DNA of 32,000 nucleotides from Candidatus Babelota bacterium (GTDB lineage Bacteria; Babelota; Babeliae; Babelales; Vermiphilaceae): NCBI GenBank assembly GCA_039809905.1, contig JBDHVY010000001.1, positions 750,001 to 782,000 of the forward strand, read 5' to 3'. Shown piece by piece: positions 16,437 to 22,748 of this stretch (position 1 is its first letter; each line of letters starts with the position of its first letter). The notes under the pieces were generated by a model. It saw only the letters and a program-made list of their open reading frames with translations, ran no database searches and was not told where the DNA came from. The position numbers and the translations under genes were made by a program.

Positions 16437-18008
16437 TTAAAAGTTAATTCCAGTTTCCACTTTAAGCACATCACACCAACTAGAATTACATCTTGTTGTG
16501 CGGAATGCGCTGAGACATGTCCAACAAAATTCATGAGAGCATTTTTTACAAGTAATATGATTACATCCTTGATTTTTTTCAATGAAAACTTTGCAATGGG
16601 GGCAGGGCTTTATTTTGATATTTTGTAGTTCTTGTAAGCTTGATTCCGTTTGGGATCGATCTCTTGCTGCAGCTTGGCAAGATGTATTACGAGCATGTCT
16701 GGTGGCGCATGAAATACAATCATGATCTAATGTAGCGGCATTTTCGCACGACAAGTTTTGATGATCATATTGGCATGTTGCACAATATATATGGTTGCAG
16801 CTAGGACAATGTATTTGTTGTGCAGCAGCAACTTCTTCAATTGAATAGGTGCATTTACAATCTGGTGTTGGGCAAAATTTTATATAATTTTGATTGTCTG
16901 TCTTAAATTCATCAAAAGAAAATTCAAGAAAGCGATTATACAGATTTTTACAATTTTGTGTAATGTTGTATATGTCAGAAGCATTTATTTTTTTTGTACA
17001 GTTAAAATTAGGACATTTTAACTCTCGGGTACTTCCTTCATTCAAATGAGTTGAGATGAGTTCGAGCAAGCAAGTTTTGCAAAAGCTTGCTTGGCAGCCT
17101 GATTGGTGATTGCAATTGTTCATGGCATAAAATTCAGCATAATTTTTTGTGTCTAAACAGAGTGAGCATTCTAGATTTAATGAATTTAACAAAGCATTAA
17201 TATTTGCATGATTAACTCTTGCTGCATAATCAAATACTGTATCTCCGTTCTTTTGCTTTAAATGCAATATGTTATAACCAAGCATTTGAATAAATACTTT
17301 AAGGACATTGGCATGACTTTTTTTTGAAAAAGGTGTTTGTACAGCTTTGTGTACTGCTGTTTGGCCCAAAGAATCATAAACGGAAGCAAGTTCTTGCGCA
17401 GAATCACTTGCAGCTGTTAAAAGGATTTCAGTTGCTTCAGCATGACCATTTCCTGCTGCCAAATGTAGAGCTGTGTAACGGCTATGTTTTTGTAAAAAAA
17501 GAAATCTTTTTAAATTTTTGTAATGAGTATCGGAAGCATTAATTAATGTTTTGATGGCTTGTATATGACCATTCATTGCTGCAAAATGTAGAGGAGTGCT
17601 GCCGCTACCGTTATTGCTCTGTGAAATAAAGTTCTCAGAATTTTCTGTGTTTCTATGTATTTCTATTAATGTTGTAATGGCAGCAGCGTGGCCATTTTCC
17701 GCTGCTTTGTGAATTCCTAGAAAGCCATAGGCACAGGTACTAAATAGGAGTTGTTGTGTGTCATGATTGTTTCTTTGGTCGAAAATTTTCTTAATGCTAT
17801 TATTATCGCCTTGCTTACATGCTAAATGAAGTACATTTTCGCCGTCTTCGTTTCTTTTTTTTAAAAGAGATGTGTCCATGTATGATATGTCAGAAGTTTG
17901 TTGAATTACTCGTAAAAGTTGTTCTGGCGTTTGTTCCATCGCTGTAATGAAAAAAGAGCTTAATAACAGCGAAAAGAATAGCGTGTATTTTTTATAAAAA
18001 TGCATCAT
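16437..18008 (-). CDS. Secreted ankyrin-repeat protein with C-terminal RING1-IBR-RING2 (RBR) E3 ubiquitin-ligase-like module
   Basis: Signal-like leader (YTLFFSLLLSSFFITA). At least 5 ankyrin repeats (e.g. GSTPLHFAAMNGHIQAIKTLI, YTALHLAAGNGHAEATEILL). RING1 CSLCLD...CKTC...CPNFNC. IBR FCPTPDC...CPSCNHIYCATC. RING2 KPCPHCKVFIEKNQGCNHITCKKCSHEFCWTC matches the RBR catalytic-Cys consensus. Confidence 0.85.
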   Translation of the reverse strand: MMHFYKKYTLFFSLLLSSFFITAMEQTPEQLLRVIQQTSDISYMDTSLLKKRNEDGENVLHLACKQGDNNSIKKIFDQRNNHDTQQLLFSTCAYGFLGIHKAAENGHAAAITTLIEIHRNTENSENFISQSNNGSGSTPLHFAAMNGHIQAIKTLINASDTHYKNLKRFLFLQKHSRYTALHLAAGNGHAEATEILLTAASDSAQELASVYDSLGQTAVHKAVQTPFSKKSHANVLKVFIQMLGYNILHLKQKNGDTVFDYAARVNHANINALLNSLNLECSLCLDTKNYAEFYAMNNCNHQSGCQASFCKTCLLELISTHLNEGSTRELKCPNFNCTKKINASDIYNITQNCKNLYNRFLEFSFDEFKTDNQNYIKFCPTPDCKCTYSIEEVAAAQQIHCPSCNHIYCATCQYDHQNLSCENAATLDHDCISCATRHARNTSCQAAARDRSQTESSLQELQNIKIKPCPHCKVFIEKNQGCNHITCKKCSHEFCWTCLSAFRTTRCNSSWCDVLKVETGINF

Positions 18009-18067
18009 AAAATACCTTTGTGCTAATTAGTTTTATATTATTAATATATTATATGATAAATGAACAT

Positions 18068-19249
18068 TTAACGAAAATAGTTCTCATGCAATATTGTTTT
18101 TGTGATAATCTTAAATTCTTCCAAGCAATCCCTAATAACCTTAAAGGAATTAGGCTGAATAGGATGCGAAGAAGTACTAACATCCTTCATATCAGCCATT
18201 AACCGATACCAGCTGCGTTTATTATAAGCTCCAAACATTGTGCGTAGTTCACGCATGCCAATATGATCAAGCGCTAATTTCATCCCATACAGCTGCAAAA
18301 TGCGGCGAGGGCTAAGAGTGGAATTATTAAAAATAAGGGCAACAAGCAGCGATTTTGCATTGCCTGCCTTGAAATCCAGCAGTGGTGGTCGGGCGCGTTC
18401 AATTTCATCAAGATAATGCAAGAGTACTTTGCGCGCGATATTTGTTTTAAACAGGCCTTTAAAAGTAAGTTGAGCTTTGATTCCTACCTTTTTTAAGATC
18501 TGTTCGATTTTACGCCTATTATTTAATCGTGCTTCCATACGCAATACTTCAAACATCTTTTTATTATGCAAAGACTCATACAAATTCAACTGAATTGTAT
18601 TATCTTTTTCCATCGAACGTTTATCGCTTTTCTTTGCTTGTTCAAGATCACGAATTTTATCATAGAATACCAGCTCATAACTATTGCTGTGCCATTTATA
18701 GCTATGTCCTGTGTTGCGATAATCGGTTTGATTAATATCAAGAGAGAGCTTGATATTTGCTTCTTTTATTTTGCTGATGTAATGATACGGAATTGATCCA
18801 TCAGTAAGTGGAATGTTTTTTGAAAAATGGATGCCTGAAACGACAGCATTGCTAAGTGCATCGATTGTCGTTACAATTCCCATGCTGTGTAAAACATTGC
18901 AGAGTTTTTCTACAAGTTCAGGAAATTGTTTTTGTGTCAATTCTTCAAAGTTATTACCAAATAAAGTCTTAGGCAGTGATAATTCAATTTTAAGCACTGT
19001 TTTTGCGCTAGCTGATGCAGGGGAATGGGATTGCTGCTTGCCCTTCGAAGCCTTGGCGAAGTAGGGAAAAAGGGTAAGCCGAGGCTTATAAAGGCCTAAT
19101 ACTAACTCTTTTTTTGTAGGGTTTTGTTTTGAAGTAATACCACGTGATATAAAATTATTTTTCATCAAGCGTGCAGATGGTGTGAATGCATCTGGGTTGG
19201 TAATGTGAAATAAATCCTCAGTAAGCATTAAGATAATGGTATCGATCAT
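18068..19249 (-). CDS. Rolling-circle replication initiator-like protein (phage/plasmid gene II/X or Rep_trans-like)
   Basis: 393 aa. N-terminus MIDTIILML..., ELSLPKTLFGNNFEEL, and an FYDK motif (SYELVFYDKIRDLEQAKK), recalled from replication-initiation families. Assignment is from memory of motifs only. Confidence 0.5.
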   Translation of the reverse strand: MIDTIILMLTEDLFHITNPDAFTPSARLMKNNFISRGITSKQNPTKKELVLGLYKPRLTLFPYFAKASKGKQQSHSPASASAKTVLKIELSLPKTLFGNNFEELTQKQFPELVEKLCNVLHSMGIVTTIDALSNAVVSGIHFSKNIPLTDGSIPYHYISKIKEANIKLSLDINQTDYRNTGHSYKWHSNSYELVFYDKIRDLEQAKKSDKRSMEKDNTIQLNLYESLHNKKMFEVLRMEARLNNRRKIEQILKKVGIKAQLTFKGLFKTNIARKVLLHYLDEIERARPPLLDFKAGNAKSLLVALIFNNSTLSPRRILQLYGMKLALDHIGMRELRTMFGAYNKRSWYRLMADMKDVSTSSHPIQPNSFKVIRDCLEEFKIITKTILHENYFR

Positions 19250-19351
19250 GCAGCTAATCCCCAGATGAAGTTAATACGATCATCATCAAGATAAGGATAA
19301 ATGCTTACAAAAACAAGTCCCGCTGCGCGGTTTATTGCATAGCGGGAGTTT

Positions 19352-19537
19352 TTACATGAAGAACAACGGAGTTATTTCGATTTTTTCTTTTTTTTTTGCG
19401 CTTGTAGATGTACGACGTTTGCGTGTCACACCTTTTTCCAAATCTACTTCAACGAGCAGCATAAAGAAGTCCGCAACACGTTTTTTTTCGTCGAAAGTTA
19501 ATACTCTCACAGCCTTCGTTGGGCGAAGTCGGACCAT
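19352..19537 (-). CDS. Small basic protein (possible DNA-binding/excision accessory)
   Basis: 61-aa K/R-rich ORF, co-oriented with Rep and followed by hairpin CCCGCT...AGCGGG (19319-19346). An antisense ORF of similar length exists; the minus strand is favoured by A-rich coding bias. Confidence 0.3.
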   Translation of the reverse strand: MVRLRPTKAVRVLTFDEKKRVADFFMLLVEVDLEKGVTRKRRTSTSAKKKEKIEITPLFFM

Positions 19538-19807
19538 ATAATACTTTCGTATTAAAACTAAAAAATGTTGGATACAGTGATAGCGTAGAATTTTATTGAG
19601 CGAGAATCGAATTTGATGTGACTAACAACTCAAGAAAAAATTGTACGCCATGATATCTATGATCGGTTCTGAATCATAGTCAATACTTGCTATTGCGTAC
19701 ATATTTTTCCTTTAAAATGGATAAGTTCATTACGACTATTGTTGCAATAATAGCATATAATGAGGATAATTCAAGAGAAGAAGGTATAGCCGTTGCTGGT
19801 AAAACTA

Positions 19808-19816
19808 TGCTAAAAT
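19808..19816 (+). promoter_or_regulatory. Extended -10 element TGCTAAAAT upstream of toxin 1
   Basis: TGnTAAAAT lies 35 nt before the ATG. The homologous block (aactat..TGCTAAAAT) recurs upstream of toxin 2 at 22701-22709. Confidence 0.4.
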
Positions 19817-19850
19817 TTTTAAGTTTTTCTGTTTTTAAGGGGAGCGAGGT

Positions 19851-21668
19851 ATGAACAGATTCTATTTATCTCAATTTTTTGGTTTATTGCTATTCATCTT
19901 GCTGCCGATATCCATAGTTGCAGAATATCATCACGCAACATTCACCGTGAATTTTACTCAATCGAATAATGGGTGCCCCACTGCAGAGAATCGTAAGTTG
20001 GGCTTAAAATCATACAGACCAAATAATGATTTTTCTCATCATAAAGAATCGGCTGGATATGGTAGATTTTCTGATCATAAACCTTGTTTTGATAACTATA
20101 CTGTTCATGATTTTAGAGATTATTTTACTGCACGAGGATATATAGAATCAGAAATTCTTAATCAGCCTTGTCTCTATATGTCTGAGGAATTTGTAAAATA
20201 TGCTCAAACATGTTCTGATTATAAAAATAAAATAAGAGAAATGTATGCAGAATTAAAAAATCTTAGCGTAATTCAAAAAGCTTGTCGTGTAGCGAAGGGG
20301 ACATATTGTAGAAAATTGCAAAAGCGTATTGGAAATCTTTATAAATCATTAGATACAATCAAAGAAGAACCGCAGATCAAGGGATATTATAATGTGCCGG
20401 ATATTCCAGAAAAGGCTTTTAACCCAATTGAATGTTTTGCAGAATATCAAGCATTAGCACCTATTTACCAATCGCATACGCCAAATCTGGCAAAAGCAAT
20501 TAATGCGCGATCAGTTATCTATAGAAATAGTGCTGCCAATCATTCCGGGCTTCAGTCAGTACAGAAATCCTACAATCTCAATGGTAACATTAAAAAATTA
20601 CTATCTCGATATGGCCATAACGCTGATTCTTTTACTTACTGTTATGGCAATCAATTGCAACAGACTATTCATCAAGAATCATTAGATATCCTTAAGCAGG
20701 TAGATAACCTGCCTTCACATTTCATTTTGTATGATCATCAAGAAGCATTAGTTGATATGGCTTCATCTATTGTTGAATACAATCATGCGGATATGTCAGA
20801 TAAAGCAATGCAGGTTGCTGATTTGTGTTGGACATTGCTTGATTATGGCCAAGCAATTGCTGAAGGTGCAGCTTTAGGATTATATTCTGCTGCGCATGAT
20901 ATTCTGACCAATCCTATTGAAGCAACAGTATCTACCGTTGCAGGCAAACAAGTTCTTGCATTCCAATTATGCAAAGTCCTTTATAATGTTGCTGATATTG
21001 GAGCAACAGCAATTCATGATTTTAAAACAGCTCAAGACAAGTGGGATAAGTATACTGAGCCTTTGAATACTATTATCGATGCTATCAACAAAAAAGAAAT
21101 AACGGTAAGAGATGCCATTAAGGGCGGCACTGCTTTTGTGGTGGGTTATAAAGCTCAAGGGAAGTTGCTGGGTGGGTTGGGCAAGTTTTGCGATACGATT
21201 AAACATAAAAGTATTAATTTTATTAAAAATAATCCATTGTTAAATTCGCAAGAATATTTAACAACACCAGAAGGATTGTTGTTTAAAGCAACTGGGCAGA
21301 GTGGTAAACTAGAGCAATCTATAGTACCGAGTTTAAAAAAAAATGTTGAAAAGAAGGTTGCTAAACATAAAAGTATAAAGCGGCTAATAAAACAAGAAGG
21401 CTTACCAACAAAGGGTAAATTACGCTACGTTCCTCCTAAAAAGCTTCATTCATTTGATAGGTTGCCGTATGAAAAATTACCTGGTAATAGAATAGGATTT
21501 ATAGATAGGTTCGGAAATCTTTGGGTCGAAGGAAAATCTAGAACTAAAGGTCAACTTTTTGAGTGGGATGTTCAATTATCAAAACAAGGTATACAACAAG
21601 TAGGATGGATGACTCGTGATAATAGTCATCTTAATGTTAGTTTAGATGGAAGGGTAACTCATAAATGA
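19851..21668 (+). CDS. Polymorphic-toxin-like secreted protein 1 (conserved body + C-terminal module CT1)
   Basis: 605 aa with a strong RBS (aaggggagcgagg). Signal-like leader. aa 1-479 are paralogous to ORF 22749-24587 and end in YLTTPEGLLFK. The unrelated 126-aa tail (21288-21665) carries GFIDRFGNLW...FEWDVQLS...HLNVSLDGRVTH. Confidence 0.75.
   Translation: MNRFYLSQFFGLLLFILLPISIVAEYHHATFTVNFTQSNNGCPTAENRKLGLKSYRPNNDFSHHKESAGYGRFSDHKPCFDNYTVHDFRDYFTARGYIESEILNQPCLYMSEEFVKYAQTCSDYKNKIREMYAELKNLSVIQKACRVAKGTYCRKLQKRIGNLYKSLDTIKEEPQIKGYYNVPDIPEKAFNPIECFAEYQALAPIYQSHTPNLAKAINARSVIYRNSAANHSGLQSVQKSYNLNGNIKKLLSRYGHNADSFTYCYGNQLQQTIHQESLDILKQVDNLPSHFILYDHQEALVDMASSIVEYNHADMSDKAMQVADLCWTLLDYGQAIAEGAALGLYSAAHDILTNPIEATVSTVAGKQVLAFQLCKVLYNVADIGATAIHDFKTAQDKWDKYTEPLNTIIDAINKKEITVRDAIKGGTAFVVGYKAQGKLLGGLGKFCDTIKHKSINFIKNNPLLNSQEYLTTPEGLLFKATGQSGKLEQSIVPSLKKNVEKKVAKHKSIKRLIKQEGLPTKGKLRYVPPKKLHSFDRLPYEKLPGNRIGFIDRFGNLWVEGKSRTKGQLFEWDVQLSKQGIQQVGWMTRDNSHLNVSLDGRVTHK
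20828..21287 (+). repeat. High-identity block shared with toxin 2 (partner 23705-24164)
   Basis: Constant offset of 2877 nt. The first ~300 nt differ at only about a dozen positions by eye, versus much lower identity in the 5' parts of the two genes. Confidence 0.8.
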
Positions 21669-22039
21669 AATTACAATCTTGTCTCATGATTCGATGTATC
21701 GCTCTTAATACTATAAATACGCAGGAACTTTTTTATAAATTAGAAAATTATACAAAAAAATATTTTCCCTATGCAGAGGTCAACTTAACGATAAATGAGC
21801 CTTATTGGAAAGAACCAGAGTCCAATGAAATTATTTATCAGCTTTTCAATAATCAATTTGTTACTGTAACTGACTACATTAAAAATATGTTTTTATCTTG
21901 GCATCAAAAAAAAATTAATTACGAAGAAAATGCTGTATGGAGTAAATTATGCTACTCGGAACAAATTTTTCTGATGCCAGAAGTTGAATGGGTTCAAATA
22001 TATACATGGGAAGAAGAAGAAAACCCAACAATGAATTAA
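21665..22039 (+). CDS. Immunity-like protein for CT1
   Basis: 124-aa ORF. Its ATG overlaps the toxin stop (ATGA). No signal peptide, acidic and Trp/Tyr-rich. Position is typical of cognate immunity genes. Confidence 0.6.
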   Translation: MKLQSCLMIRCIALNTINTQELFYKLENYTKKYFPYAEVNLTINEPYWKEPESNEIIYQLFNNQFVTVTDYIKNMFLSWHQKKINYEENAVWSKLCYSEQIFLMPEVEWVQIYTWEEEENPTMN

Positions 22040-22067
22040 TAGCAAAAACTTTTAATTCATTGTTGGG
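22024..22067 (+). terminator. 16-bp perfect stem-loop at the end of the toxin1/immunity1 module
   Basis: CCCAACAATGAATTAA (22024-39), 12-nt loop, TTAATTCATTGTTGGG (22052-67). The left arm is the last codons of the immunity ORF. No clear U-tract follows. Confidence 0.45.
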
Positions 22068-22188
22068 CAAATAAAAAGAACTATTTTGCACTTTCGTTAT
22101 TTACTTATTAAGTTCTGCAAATAACGTCTGAATCGTACTTAGTGAGTACTTTATCGGAGCTGTTTTATTAACGAGCCTATCTCTGAGT

Positions 22189-22328
22189 GGATGCCAGTCT
22201 TCGCTGCTAACGCAGCTTCGTCTGGCTCCGCCGGCAAGAAAATCTAAGCAAATACAAAAACTGTGATAGCAGAAAGCGAAGACTGTCCGAAGTAGTTCAC
22301 ACTTTGTGAGAACGTAGACGGACCATCC
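22189..22328 (+). other. GC-rich, highly structured non-coding segment (candidate ncRNA or displaced tRNA-Glu trailer)
   Basis: Nested complementarities: GGATG(22189-93)/CATCC(22324-28); CAGTCTTCGC(22195-204)/GCGAAGACTG(22276-85); GCCAG/CTGGC(22193-97/22222-26); GCTGC-taac-GCAGC(22203-16); GTCCG/CGGAC(22285-89/22319-23). GC content is clearly above the surrounding spacer. Confidence 0.3.
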
Positions 22329-22367
22329 CATCAAATGCTCACTCTTATCTTTTTAATTTTCATTACC

Positions 22368-22586
22368 ATGTTTTACTATGTCTATTTAATACAATCTATA
22401 TCTCATCCTGATACTCGATATATAGGTTATACTACCAATTTAAAAGAACGCCTAGAAACGCACAATTCTGGTGGTTCAATCTATACTAAAAAAGATCGGC
22501 CATGGAAATTGGTTATGTGTTCGGTATTTAAAAATATGGATTGTGCTAAGCAATTTGAACAATATCTGAAATCCCAATCGGGCTGA
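22368..22586 (+). CDS. GIY-YIG nuclease family protein (UPF0213/YhbQ-like), C-terminally truncated by in-frame TGA
   Basis: MFYYVYLIQS...YIGYTTNLKERLETHNSG...PWKLV...EQYLKSQSG matches the small GIY-YIG family. Met 22368 is the likely start. Nine more family-like codons (AFAKKRFW) follow the TGA, up to a second TGA at 22611-13. Confidence 0.75.
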   Translation: MFYYVYLIQSISHPDTRYIGYTTNLKERLETHNSGGSIYTKKDRPWKLVMCSVFKNMDCAKQFEQYLKSQSG

Positions 22587-22621
22587 GCATTCGCAAAAAA
22601 AAGATTTTGGTGATTTATAAA

Positions 22622-22649
22622 GAGCAGTTTTAAACTGTTCTTTTTTTTT
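22622..22649 (+). terminator. Rho-independent terminator after the GIY-YIG gene
   Basis: GAGCAGTT-ttt-AACTGTTC (8-bp stem with one G-U pair) followed by a T9 run. Confidence 0.7.
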
Positions 22650-22700
22650 CTTTAAATAGTCTTTGTGTAAGATAATCTTAGCTGTTATTTTGAACTATCA

Positions 22701-22709
22701 TGCTAAAAT
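22701..22709 (+). promoter_or_regulatory. Extended -10 element TGCTAAAAT upstream of toxin 2
   Basis: Same block as 19808-19816 (gaactatcaTGCTAAAATattttgagtt vs aaactaTGCTAAAATttttaagtt). About 40 nt before the ATG. Confidence 0.4.
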
Positions 22710-22748
22710 ATTTTGAGTTACCTGTTATTGTGAAAAAGAGAGTTATGT

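Larger units (their letters stand above)
14838..22188. mobile_element. Putative tRNA-Glu-associated integrative element (serine recombinase + Rep-like + Ank-RBR + toxin/immunity cargo); right end uncertain
   Basis: Left end is the 3' end of tRNA-Glu. The recombinase ORF reads into the tRNA. The last 8 nt of the tRNA (GGATGCCA) recur at 22189-22196, followed by a tRNA-trailer-like hairpin. The island could alternatively extend to the scar at about 25.7 kb. Confidence 0.45.

Noticed and set aside
19335-19541. Plus-strand 68-aa ORF antisense to the small basic ORF
   Set aside because: The two ORFs are mutually exclusive. The plus strand here is T-rich, unlike other coding strands in the window, although it has a GGGAG RBS before an internal ATG at 19356. 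It is kept as the less likely alternative.
22189-22328. tmRNA, SRP RNA, RNase P, 6S RNA or group I/II intron identity for the GC-rich element
   Set aside because: I found no tRNA-like acceptor/T-arm plus tag ORF, no GNAR-loop helix-8 motif with the AGCA/GGAA loops, no GGAAAGUCCGG core and no domain-V-like hairpin. It is left as unclassified.
22101-22334. 77-aa minus-strand ORF
   Set aside because: It lies entirely in the GC-rich structured segment and has no RBS. It overlaps strong nested inverted repeats, and its Cys/Arg-rich product looks like translated structured RNA or DNA.
22584-22586. TGA recoding (alternative genetic code) as the explanation for the in-frame stop in the GIY-YIG gene
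   Set aside because: TGA functions as a normal stop elsewhere in the window, and other genes show no internal TGA. A point nonsense mutation is more parsimonious.
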